Below are positions 9,794 through 18,210 of a stretch of DNA of 64,000 nucleotides, one piece after another. Source of the stretch: Chloroflexota bacterium (GTDB lineage Bacteria > Chloroflexota > Limnocylindria > Limnocylindrales > CSP1-4); NCBI GenBank assembly GCA_042408535.1, contig JBHORA010000076.1, positions 624 through 64,623 on the forward strand, given 5' to 3'. Numbering within the stretch: position 1 is the stretch's first letter; each line of letters begins with the position of its first letter. Position numbers and translations under genes: made by a program. The notes under the pieces are model-generated. The model was not told where the DNA came from, ran no database searches, and saw nothing but the letters and a program-made list of their open reading frames with translations.

Positions 9794-11637
9794 CGGGCGG
9801 GACACCGGCCGAGCCTCTTCGAGCCTTCGCCGAAGCCCTCGTCGGGGCCGGGGTCCGGGAGGCGGTCGTCTGCCCGGGCTCCCGCTCGACCCCGCTTGCC
9901 CTCGCCCTCCGGCTCCAGCCGGCTCTCCGGGTCCTCGTCCACCTCGACGAGCGCGCCGCCGGCTACTTCGGGCTCGGGTTGGCGCGCGCGGTTCGGCGCC
10001 CGGTCGTCCTGCTCGCCACCTCCGGGACAGCCGCGGCGAACTTCGGGCCGGCGGTCGTCGAGGCCCGCCACGGACGGGTCCCGCTTGTCGTCGTGAGCGC
10101 CGATCGGCCTCCGGAGCTTCGGGACCGGGGTGCGAACCAGACGATCGACCAGATCCACCTCTTCGGACGCCAGGTGAAGTGGTTCGTCGAGCTGCCGGTC
10201 CCGGAGGCCGACCCGCTCGCCGAGGCCCACGTCCGGTGGGTCGCCGCTCGAGCCGTGGCGACGGCCGCCGCTCCGCCAGCCGGGCCGGTCCACGTCAACT
10301 GGCCCTTCCGCGAGCCCCTCGTCCCGACGGGGCGTCTCGTCCCGACGGGGCGCCTCGCCGCCGACGAGCTGGCCGAGCCGCACACCCGAGTCGTCGAGGG
10401 GGTGACCCTGCCCGACGAGGCCAGCCTTCGCGAGCTTTCAGATCGCCTGCGGGCCGCCGAACGGCCGCTCGTCGTCTGCGGGCCGATCGACCGCCCGGGC
10501 TTCGCAGAGGTCCTCGTCGACCTCGCCGCCGTCCTCGGGGCCCCGGTCGTCGCCGACGGGCTGGCGAACCTGCGGACAGGGCGCCACCGGCGCGAGAACG
10601 TCATCGCCCACGCCGATCTCGTCCTTCGGTCGGCGGTGGTCCGGGCGGCCCTTCGGCCCGACCTCGTCCTCCGCTTCGGCGGCACGTCAACCTCGAAGAC
10701 CGTCCTCGGCTACCTGACCGAAACGGCGGCGGAGCAGATCGTCGTCGACGACGGCGGCTGGAACGAGCCGACGCTCCTGCCGGGGACGATCGTCCACGCC
10801 GATCCGGTGGCTTTCGCTGGGGCCCTCGGCGAGGCGAGCGGCTCGGCGATGGGGCCGGCTCGCCACCCCGGCTGGCTGGATCGCTGGCGGGAGCTCGACC
10901 GTCGGGCGGCCGCGGCCGTCGGGGCGACCGTTGGCGACCTGGGCGAGGCCTTCGAAGGGGAGGTCTTCGTCGGCCTCGCCGACCGGCTCCCGGAGGGAAC
11001 GATCGTCTACGTCGGGAACTCGATGCCGGTTCGGGATCTTGATGCCTATCTTTCGGGCGGGCCGCGGTCGATCCGCTGGCTCGGCAACCGCGGGGCGAGC
11101 GGGATCGACGGGGTCGTCTCCTCCGCCCTCGGAGCGGCGGCGGGCGGCGATCCCGTCCTCGCCGTCGTCGGGGATCTCTCCTTCCTCCACGATCTCAACG
11201 CCATCGCGACGGCGCCCCTCGACGGCCTGCGGGCGACGATCGTCGTCGTCGACAACGACGGCGGCGGGATCTTCTCGTTCCTGCCCCAGGCGACGACGGA
11301 GCGCCCGGAGGTTGGGCTGCCGGCCCACTTCGAGGAGCTCTTCGGGACGCCCCACGGCGTCGACCTCCTCGGGGTCGCTCGAGCCCTCGGGGCCGAGACC
11401 GAGGAGCTCGTTCCCGGGCGGGTCGGCGAGGCGGTCGCCCGGGCCGTCGCGGCGAGTCTCGAGCGGCCGGCGATCCGGGTCCTTCGGCTGCGGACGGACC
11501 GGACCCGGAACGTCGAGCTCCACCGGCGGATCGCGGATGCGGTGCGGCTGGCGGTCGAGGGGGCCCTGGTCGGGGCGGAGGGATCGCCGCGCGGTGTCGC
11601 CGAGGTGGGTTCCTCTCGTCCATACAGCAAGCAGTGA
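9790..11637 (+). CDS. menD: 2-succinyl-5-enolpyruvyl-6-hydroxy-3-cyclohexene-1-carboxylate (SEPHCHC) synthase
   Basis: 615-aa ThDP enzyme with a MenD-type N-terminus ([28 protein letters not shown]) and a ThDP-binding [10 protein letters not shown] region. ATGA overlap with menF. Confidence 0.9.
   Translation: MTGGTPAEPLRAFAEALVGAGVREAVVCPGSRSTPLALALRLQPALRVLVHLDERAAGYFGLGLARAVRRPVVLLATSGTAAANFGPAVVEARHGRVPLVVVSADRPPELRDRGANQTIDQIHLFGRQVKWFVELPVPEADPLAEAHVRWVAARAVATAAAPPAGPVHVNWPFREPLVPTGRLVPTGRLAADELAEPHTRVVEGVTLPDEASLRELSDRLRAAERPLVVCGPIDRPGFAEVLVDLAAVLGAPVVADGLANLRTGRHRRENVIAHADLVLRSAVVRAALRPDLVLRFGGTSTSKTVLGYLTETAAEQIVVDDGGWNEPTLLPGTIVHADPVAFAGALGEASGSAMGPARHPGWLDRWRELDRRAAAAVGATVGDLGEAFEGEVFVGLADRLPEGTIVYVGNSMPVRDLDAYLSGGPRSIRWLGNRGASGIDGVVSSALGAAAGGDPVLAVVGDLSFLHDLNAIATAPLDGLRATIVVVDNDGGGIFSFLPQATTERPEVGLPAHFEELFGTPHGVDLLGVARALGAETEELVPGRVGEAVARAVAASLERPAIRVLRLRTDRTRNVELHRRIADAVRLAVEGALVGAEGSPRGVAEVGSSRPYSKQ
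10318..10359 (+). repeat. 18-bp in-frame tandem duplication inside menD
   Basis: CTCGTCCCGACGGGGCGT then CTCGTCCCGACGGGGCGC then CTCGCC, encoding [14 protein letters not shown]. Confidence 0.9.
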
Positions 11638-12482
11638 AGGTGCGGTCGATGACAGACGAACGCCAGGTTCGCTGGACGGCGGTCCAGACCTACGAGGACA
11701 TCCGCTACGAGCACTCCGGCACCGGAATCGCCAAGATCACCATCAACCGGCCGGAGGTCCACAACGCCTTCCGGCCGAAGACGGTGCGCGAGCTCATCGA
11801 CGCCTTCCGGCGGGTCCGAGACGACGCCTCGATCGGGGTCGTCCTCTTCACCGGAGCGGGAGAGCAGGCCTTCTGTTCGGGCGGCGATCAGCGTTACAAG
11901 ACGATCGCCGGCTACGCCGACGAGGACGGGATCGCCCGTCTCAACGTCCTCGACCTCCAGCGGCTCATCCGGAGCCTGCCCATTCCGGTCATCGCCCTCG
12001 TGAACGGCTACGCCATCGGGGGCGGGCACGTCCTCCACGTCATCTGCGACCTGACGATCGCCGCCGAGAACGCCATCTTCGGCCAGACGGGTCCGAAGGT
12101 CGGCTCCTTCGACGCCGGCTACGGGGCGACGATGCTGGCCCGGATCGTCGGTCACAAGAAGGCCCGCGAGATCTGGTACCTCTGCCGCCAGTACACGGCC
12201 AGGGAGGCGCTCGAGATGGGGCTCGTCAACGCCGTCGTTCCCCTCGCCGAGCTCGAAGCCGAGGGGATCCGGTGGGCGAACGAGATCCTCGAGAAGAGCC
12301 CGACGGCGATCCGCTTCCTCAAGCGGGCCTTCAACGCCGACGTCGACGGGCTCGCCGGTCTCCAGGAGCTGGCCGGCGACGCCACGATGCTCTTCTACAT
12401 GACCGAAGAATCCCACGAGGGGAGTCGGGCCTTCCTCGAGAAGCGACGGCCCGACTTCTCGAAGTTCCCGCGGCGGCCGTGA
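11634..12482 (+). CDS. menB: 1,4-dihydroxy-2-naphthoyl-CoA synthase
   Basis: Crotonase fold with a MenB signature ([37 protein letters not shown]). GTGA overlap with menD; an alternative ATG lies at 11649. Confidence 0.93.
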   Translation: MKVRSMTDERQVRWTAVQTYEDIRYEHSGTGIAKITINRPEVHNAFRPKTVRELIDAFRRVRDDASIGVVLFTGAGEQAFCSGGDQRYKTIAGYADEDGIARLNVLDLQRLIRSLPIPVIALVNGYAIGGGHVLHVICDLTIAAENAIFGQTGPKVGSFDAGYGATMLARIVGHKKAREIWYLCRQYTAREALEMGLVNAVVPLAELEAEGIRWANEILEKSPTAIRFLKRAFNADVDGLAGLQELAGDATMLFYMTEESHEGSRAFLEKRRPDFSKFPRRP

Positions 12483-13399
12483 CGACGGGGGCCGAGGGGG
12501 CCGGGCGCCCGGGCAAGCTCGCCGCCTGGCGGCTCGCCATCCGGCTGCCGACCCTCCCGGCTGCCGTCGGTCCGGTCCTCGTCGGCCTCGGGGTTGGTCT
12601 CGGGGAGGGCGTCTTCCGGCCGGTCCCGGCACTCCTCTGCCTCGTCGTCGCCGTCCTCCTCCAGGTGGCAGCGAACCTGGCGAACGATCTCTTCGATTTC
12701 CGACGGGGGGCCGACACGGCCGATCGGCTCGGCCCGCCCCGGGCGGCGGCCCTCGGCCTCTTGACCGAGCGAGAGCTCCTCGTCGGGACGGGGGTCGTGC
12801 TCGCGGCCGCTGCTGGGGCCGGCCTGGGGCTCGTCGCCATCGGCGGGCCGTTGCTCGCCGCCCTCGGCATTGCCGCGATCGTCGCCACCCTCGCCTACAC
12901 GGGTGGGCCGTTCCCGTACGGCTACCGGGGTCTCGGCGAGGTCTTCGTCTTCGTCTTCTTCGGGCTCGTGGCGGTTGCCGGGACGGCGTACCTCCAACTC
13001 GGTTCCTGGCCATGGTTGGGGTTCGCGGCGGCGGTCCCGGTCGGCTGCCTCGTGACGGCGATCCTCGTCGTGAACAACCTCCGTGACGTCGAGGCGGACG
13101 CTCGGGCGGGGAAGGTGACCCTCGCGGTCCGCTTCGGGGCGTCCTTCGCGCGGGCCGAGTACGTGGCTCTCTGGGTCGTCGCCTTCGTGGTTTCGGTAGG
13201 GCTGGTCGTCGGCGGTGCGGTGGGCTGGCCGGGGCTCCTGCCGCTCCTCGTCGTGCCGCTCGGCTGGCGGCTCGTGCGGGCCGTCCTCGATTTCCGTGAT
13301 CCGCGGCAACTCAACCCGGTACTGCGCCGAACGGCCCAGGCTCAGCTCGTGTTCTCATCCCTCCTCGCCCTCGGGTTGGCGCTCGGTGGTGGCGGGTGA
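12479..13399 (+). CDS. menA: 1,4-dihydroxy-2-naphthoate polyprenyltransferase
   Basis: Last 306 codons of track ORF 10931..13399. UbiA-superfamily membrane protein ([34 protein letters not shown]). GTGA overlap with menB. Confidence 0.9.
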   Translation: MTTGAEGAGRPGKLAAWRLAIRLPTLPAAVGPVLVGLGVGLGEGVFRPVPALLCLVVAVLLQVAANLANDLFDFRRGADTADRLGPPRAAALGLLTERELLVGTGVVLAAAAGAGLGLVAIGGPLLAALGIAAIVATLAYTGGPFPYGYRGLGEVFVFVFFGLVAVAGTAYLQLGSWPWLGFAAAVPVGCLVTAILVVNNLRDVEADARAGKVTLAVRFGASFARAEYVALWVVAFVVSVGLVVGGAVGWPGLLPLLVVPLGWRLVRAVLDFRDPRQLNPVLRRTAQAQLVFSSLLALGLALGGGG

Positions 13400-13430
13400 G
13401 GATCGGCGTGGCGCGGGGACGGGGCCGGCC

Positions 13431-13807
13431 GTGACACGGTCGGCGAGCAGAACGGGCCTCCGCGCGTTCGCTGTGGCGGCCGTGCCAGTGTCAGCGAACA
13501 AAACGCGCGTCGTCGGGGTGCCCGCTTTCGCGGTGATGCTCTCAGCGAACATGACGGCCCTCGTCCGGGCGCGCGCATTCGCGGTGACGCTCTCAGCGAA
13601 CAAAACGGGCGTTCGGGACGCGCCTGGTCGCGTTCTGTTCGGCCACGGTGTCATAGGAGCGAGCGCCGAGGCCGGGACCGGGGTTCTGTTCGGCCAGGGC
13701 GTCATCCCGGGCGCGGCGGGCGGCAAAACCCGCGTTCTGTTCGCTCGGCGTGTCAACCGAGGGCGTTCGGCGGTCCGGACCGACGTTCCGTTCGGCCTGC
13801 GTGTCAC
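13431..13807. repeat. Phased array of a 23-bp motif: 4 direct copies then 4 inverted copies, 51-bp register
   Basis: Direct copies start at 13431, 13482, 13533, 13584. Inverted copies occupy 13632-13654, 13683-13705, 13734-13756, 13785-13807. Consensus about GTGACaC-N6-7-GCGAACAGAAC. The 28-bp spacers are not conserved. Mirror centre is near 13619. Confidence 0.9.
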
Positions 13808-13844
13808 CGTCAGGGGCCCGGATCCGGGCTGAGGTGCGAGAGCG

Positions 13845-15077
13845 GTGGCCACCATCGTCGACGTCCGGCTGGAGCCGGTTCGCCTGCCCTTCCGCGTTCC
13901 GGTGCGGCTCGGTCCCGACCAGGCGGAGGCCCGAGACCTCCTCCTCGTCGGCGTCGCCAGCGACGAGGGGCCGGCGGGCTGGGGCGAGGTCGTCGCCCTG
14001 GCGCCGATGCGGGACCTCGTCGCGCTCGCCCGGGATCTCCGGGAAGCCCTCCTCCGGCGGCCCGTCGATCCGGGCGCGGAGGGTCTTGAAGCCGGAGGGA
14101 CGCGTGGTGACCGGGGGCCGCATGGCGATCGACGGCCGCACGGCGACCGAGGGCCGCACGGTGACCTGCGCCGGACCGCGTCGTCGGTGACCGCATTCGG
14201 GGACCCAGTGGGGCTCGCCGGCGAGGGCCCGGCCGGGCGGGCCGTCCGGGCCGGGTTCGAGACCGCCCTCCTCGATCTCGTCGGGCGTCTCGCCGGCCGC
14301 CCCCTGGCCGCCCTCTTGGCCGAGTCCGTCCGGGGCGCCGTTCCCGTGAACGGGTTCGTCGACGCGACGGGCCTCGCCCCGGCGGCCGTCGCCGACCGCT
14401 GCCGCGCCATCACCGAGACGGGGATCCGGACGCTGAAGCTGAAGGCGGATCCTCGCCTCGACCGCACCCTCCGTGTTCTCCGTGCCGTGCGAGCTGCCGT
14501 CGGCCCCGACGTCGCCCTCCGGCTCGACCTCAACGGACTGCTCCCGCAAGCCGAGGCGGCGGACTGGCTTCGGGCCCTCGGGTGGGCTGAGCTCGAGTAC
14601 GTCGAGCAGCCGATCGCGCCCGAGGAAGGTCCCGAGGCCCTGGCCAGGCTCCGCCGAACCTCCCCTGTCCCCATCGCCGCCGACGAAGCCGTCACCGACG
14701 CGGACGCGGCCGAGGTCCTTCTCGCCGCCGGCGCCTGCGACGTCCTCGTCGTCAAGCCGAGCCGGGTCGGCGGGCCCCGGGCGGCCCGGGCCATCGCCGC
14801 TGCGGCGGCCGAGCGGGGGATCGACGTCGTCGTATCGACCCTCTACGAGACCGGCATCGGCCTGACGGCCGCCCTCCAGGTCGCGGCCACCCTCCCGGGC
14901 GGGCGAGCCCACGGCCTGGCCACCCTCGAGCTCCTCGCCGACGACCTCATCGAGGAGGGTCCCGACGTGCGCGACGGAGCGATCGCCCTGCCGTCGGGAC
15001 CCGGCCTCGGTGTCGGTGTCGACACGGCGGCCGTCGCTCGATACCGCACCGGTGGGGCCGACGAGGAGGGGCCATGA
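13845..15077 (+). CDS. menC: o-succinylbenzoate synthase (enolase superfamily, MR/MLE type)
   Basis: 410-aa ORF with a GTG start. Enolase-superfamily barrel (LKLKADP, LRLDLNG, YVEQP, IAADEA, VKPSRVGG). Operon context. Carries an 18-bp tandem repeat insert (GDRGPHGDRRPHGDRGPHGD). Confidence 0.85.
   Translation: MATIVDVRLEPVRLPFRVPVRLGPDQAEARDLLLVGVASDEGPAGWGEVVALAPMRDLVALARDLREALLRRPVDPGAEGLEAGGTRGDRGPHGDRRPHGDRGPHGDLRRTASSVTAFGDPVGLAGEGPAGRAVRAGFETALLDLVGRLAGRPLAALLAESVRGAVPVNGFVDATGLAPAAVADRCRAITETGIRTLKLKADPRLDRTLRVLRAVRAAVGPDVALRLDLNGLLPQAEAADWLRALGWAELEYVEQPIAPEEGPEALARLRRTSPVPIAADEAVTDADAAEVLLAAGACDVLVVKPSRVGGPRAARAIAAAAAERGIDVVVSTLYETGIGLTAALQVAATLPGGRAHGLATLELLADDLIEEGPDVRDGAIALPSGPGLGVGVDTAAVARYRTGGADEEGP
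14106..14170 (+). repeat. 18-bp in-frame tandem repeat x3.5 inside menC
   Basis: GGTGACCGGGGGCCGCAT / GGCGATCGACGGCCGCAC / GGCGACCGAGGGCCGCAC / GGTGACCTG..., encoding GDRGPH-GDRRPH-GDRGPH-GD. Confidence 0.9.
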
Positions 15078-17587
15078 GCGAGGACGTCCGTGGCGGCGGA
15101 GCGGCCGTCCGACGCCCCGATCCGCTCCTCGTGGCCGCCCGCCGCTGGCCCACCCGAACGGCCCTCCTCGCCGGCGAGGAACGGATCGACTACCGAAGCC
15201 TCGCTGCCCGGGCGGCGGCCGCCGCCGATGCCCTCCGACGGCTCGGGGTCGAGCCCGGCCACCGCGTCGCCCTCCTCGCCGCCGACAGGGCCGAGACCAT
15301 CGTCCTCATCCACGCCGTGCGGCTCGCGGGGGCCGTCCTCGTTCCCCTCCAGCGGCGGGCTCCGGCCCCCGAACTCGAGCCCCTCGTCCGGCGGGTGCGG
15401 CCGATCCTTCTCGTCCACGACGCGACGACGGCACCCGTCGCCTCGGCCGTGGCTGCGGCGACGGCGATTCGCCTCGTCGACTGGCGCGCCCTCGAGACGG
15501 CGGTCGACGGAGGCGGGCCCGCTCGCCTACCGGCGTCGCCGAGGCTAGTCCTCGACCGCCCGGGCGCCATCCTCTTCACCTCGGGCACGACGGGTCTCCC
15601 CAGGGCCGTTCTCCTCAGCCATCGGGCCCTGATCGCCAGCGCCCACGCCTGGAACGCCTTCCTCGAGCCTCGGGCCGACGACCGATGGCTGGCGACGCTC
15701 CCGCTCGCCCACGTGGCCGGGCTCGGGATCGTCCTTCGGGCGACCCTCGCCGGGCTGTCGATCGTCCTCCACGAGCGCTTCGACCCGACCGCGGTTCTCC
15801 GCGACCTGGCACGGGCGAAGGTCAGCCACGTCTCTCTCGTGCCGACCCAGTTGGAGCGGCTCCTCGAGGCGGCCGGTCCGGGCCCGATCGCCGCACCGGC
15901 CCTCCGAGCGGTCCTCCTCGGCGGGGCGCCGATCCCGCCCGATCTCGTTCGACGGGCCTTGGGGCGGGGATTGCCGATCGTCCCCACCTACGGGTGCACC
16001 GAAGCCGCCTCCGGCGTCACCGCCCTCCCGGTGGCCGAGGCTGCCGCCTTCCCGGGGTCGAGCGGCCGGCCCCTGCCGGGCCTCCGGCTCCGCATCCTCC
16101 GCGACGACGGCGCCGAGGCGCGTCCCGGCGAGGTCGGCGAGATCGTCGTCACCGGGCCGACCCTCTTCGACGGCTACGTCGACGACCCCGAGGCCACCGC
16201 CCGGGTCCTCCGCGGCGGCTGGTTCCACAGCGGCGACCTCGGCAGCCTCGATGTCGACGGGCGGCTCGTCGTCGCTGAACGACGGATCGATCGGATCATC
16301 TCGGGTGGGGAGAACGTCTCGCCGACCGAGGTCGAGCTCGTCCTCGCCGCCCACCCCGAGGTCGCCGAGGTCGTCGTCGTCGGCCGTCGCGACCCGATGT
16401 GGGGGAGCGTCCCCGTCGCCGCGGTCACCCTCCGGCCGGGGAGCCGCCTGGCCGAGGCGCCCGCGGAGACGGTCGAGGCCGAGCTCGTCGCCTTCGCCCG
16501 AGAGCGCCTGGCTCCCTTCAAGGTGCCGAAGCGGATCGTCCGACTCGACGCGATCCCCCGGACCGGGTCGGGCAAGGTCCGCCGTCCCCTCGTCGCCGAG
16601 CTCATCGAGCGGGCCGAGGCGACCAGCAGAACCGGGGCGGGCCGCGCCTCAGGGGCGGGCTCGTCCGGCGGCCGGGTCAGCGGAGGAGGGCCTGGCCCGT
16701 TGGTGGTCGGCGAAGTCACGATCGTCGAGGTCCTCCGACCCGACGGGGCGATCGTCCTCGTTCGACAGTGGGGCAGCGGGCCGCTCCTCCTGCTCCTCCA
16801 CGCCACCCTCTCGAGGGCGGCCGACTACGACGCCCTCGCCGTGCGCCTCGCGACCGACTTCACCGTCCTCGCCGTCGACCGGCGCTCGGCCGGGGCCAGC
16901 CGGGAACGAAGCCAGGCAAACCGCTCGGGGCGAACCGCCGATCGCGACGCCCTCGAGCCCATCGATGTCGGCGTGCACGTCGAGGACCTCGTCGCCGTCC
17001 TGGAGGCCGTCGCCGAGGGCGCGGGCGGGGATGCCGCGGCACACGTGCCGCCGGCCCTCGTCGTCGGGCACTCCTTCGGGGGCGTCGTCGGGCTCGAACT
17101 CGCCGCCCGGCGGCCCGACCTCGTGGCCGGTCTCTGGCTCTTCGAGCCCCCGTACGTGGCCGCCGCTCCGGCGGCCGTTCGGCGGGCCATGGCCGAGATC
17201 GGCGACCGCCTCCGGGCAATCGCTGTTCGCGACGGCATCGAAGCCGCGGGTCCGGCCTTCCTGGCGGCCGTGGCGGGCGTGGATCCGTCCGAGCTGTCCG
17301 AGGGAGCGAGGCGGCGAGCGGCAGCAGAGGCGCGTTCGGCCCTCGCCGATGCCGCCCTCCGGGGGCTCGACCTGGCCGGTCTTCGTCGGATCGCGGCTCC
17401 CGTCACCATCGCCCTCGGTGAGCGGAGCCCGTCCTGGTATCGAGCGACGGCGAAGGGGCTGGCACGGCGCATCGCTGGGGCGACACTCGTGACGCTCCCC
17501 GGCCTCGACCACCTCGGCCCGCTCAGGGCTCCCGGCCTCGTCGCCGAGGCGATCACGGACTGGGTCGCGAGGCTCCGTGCGAGCTGA
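15074..17587 (+). CDS. menE: o-succinylbenzoate-CoA ligase fused to a C-terminal alpha/beta-hydrolase domain (candidate MenH)
   Basis: N-terminal ~510 aa is an adenylate-forming ligase (ILFTSGTTGLPRAV, YGCTEA, GWFHSGDLG, PRTGSGKVRR). A Gly/Ser linker follows, then ~300 aa with the nucleophile elbow GHSFGG and a distal LDHLGP. ATGA overlap with menC. Confidence 0.85.
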   Translation: MSEDVRGGGAAVRRPDPLLVAARRWPTRTALLAGEERIDYRSLAARAAAAADALRRLGVEPGHRVALLAADRAETIVLIHAVRLAGAVLVPLQRRAPAPELEPLVRRVRPILLVHDATTAPVASAVAAATAIRLVDWRALETAVDGGGPARLPASPRLVLDRPGAILFTSGTTGLPRAVLLSHRALIASAHAWNAFLEPRADDRWLATLPLAHVAGLGIVLRATLAGLSIVLHERFDPTAVLRDLARAKVSHVSLVPTQLERLLEAAGPGPIAAPALRAVLLGGAPIPPDLVRRALGRGLPIVPTYGCTEAASGVTALPVAEAAAFPGSSGRPLPGLRLRILRDDGAEARPGEVGEIVVTGPTLFDGYVDDPEATARVLRGGWFHSGDLGSLDVDGRLVVAERRIDRIISGGENVSPTEVELVLAAHPEVAEVVVVGRRDPMWGSVPVAAVTLRPGSRLAEAPAETVEAELVAFARERLAPFKVPKRIVRLDAIPRTGSGKVRRPLVAELIERAEATSRTGAGRASGAGSSGGRVSGGGPGPLVVGEVTIVEVLRPDGAIVLVRQWGSGPLLLLLHATLSRAADYDALAVRLATDFTVLAVDRRSAGASRERSQANRSGRTADRDALEPIDVGVHVEDLVAVLEAVAEGAGGDAAAHVPPALVVGHSFGGVVGLELAARRPDLVAGLWLFEPPYVAAAPAAVRRAMAEIGDRLRAIAVRDGIEAAGPAFLAAVAGVDPSELSEGARRRAAAEARSALADAALRGLDLAGLRRIAAPVTIALGERSPSWYRATAKGLARRIAGATLVTLPGLDHLGPLRAPGLVAEAITDWVARLRAS

Positions 17588-17687
17588 GCCGGCCCGGCGG
17601 CCGTGCATCGGATCAAGCGAGGATCGACGGCGACCATCAGTGCGGTACGATCCCGGCCCGATCGCTGGCACCAGAGGAGGGCGAACG

Positions 17688-18098
17688 ATGCTCCGCGAGT
17701 TCCGTGACTTCCTCATGCGAGGGAACGTCGTCGACCTGGCCGTCGCCGTCGTCATCGGCGGTGCCTTCGGCACGGTCGTCCTAAGCTTCACCCAGGACAT
17801 CCTGACGCCCCTTCTCGGGCTCGTCGGGGTGCCCGACTTCAGCATGCTGAACGTCCCCGTCGGCACCGCCACCGTGCGCGTCGGGGTGTTTCTCAATGCC
17901 GTGGTGAGCTTCGTCCTCGTCGCCGGGGCGATCTACTTCCTCGTCGTGCGCCCGATGGCGGCCATCGAGGCGGCTCGGGGACGCCCGACGCCGCCGGCCC
18001 CGACCATGAAGACGTGCCCGGAGTGCGCCTCCGAGATCCCCATCGCTGCTCGCCGCTGTCCGATGTGCACCCAGCCGCTCCCGGAGACGGTGGCCTGA
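17688..18098 (+). CDS. mscL: Large-conductance mechanosensitive channel with C-terminal zinc-ribbon extension
   Basis: ATG 17688 preceded by AGAGGAGG. MscL N-terminus (MLREFRDFLMRGNVVDLAVAVVIGGAFG). C-terminal CPEC-x11-CPMC motif. Confidence 0.9.
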   Translation: MLREFRDFLMRGNVVDLAVAVVIGGAFGTVVLSFTQDILTPLLGLVGVPDFSMLNVPVGTATVRVGVFLNAVVSFVLVAGAIYFLVVRPMAAIEAARGRPTPPAPTMKTCPECASEIPIAARRCPMCTQPLPETVA

Positions 18099-18181
18099 GC
18101 CCGGTGGCCTGAGCCCCTCAGAGCGGGTTCGCCGCCCGCGCCGCCGGAAGGTGCCCGGGATCCGGAGCCCGGGATCCGGAG
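18088..18181. repeat. Two separate 14-bp tandem duplications in the mscL / histidine-kinase convergent spacer
   Basis: CGGTGGCCTGAGCC x2 (18088-18115, includes the mscL stop codon) and CCCGGGATCCGGAG x2 (18154-18181). Confidence 0.85.
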
Positions 18182-18210
18182 GTCACCCGCCCGCAGCCGC
18201 AGCGAGCCGC

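Noticed and set aside
13431-13807. CRISPR array interpretation of the 23-bp repeat / 28-bp spacer pattern
   Set aside because: Repeat copies are only about 70-80 percent identical to each other. Orientation flips after four units, there are only 4+4 copies, and no cas genes or leader are in the window. Reported as a phased motif array instead.
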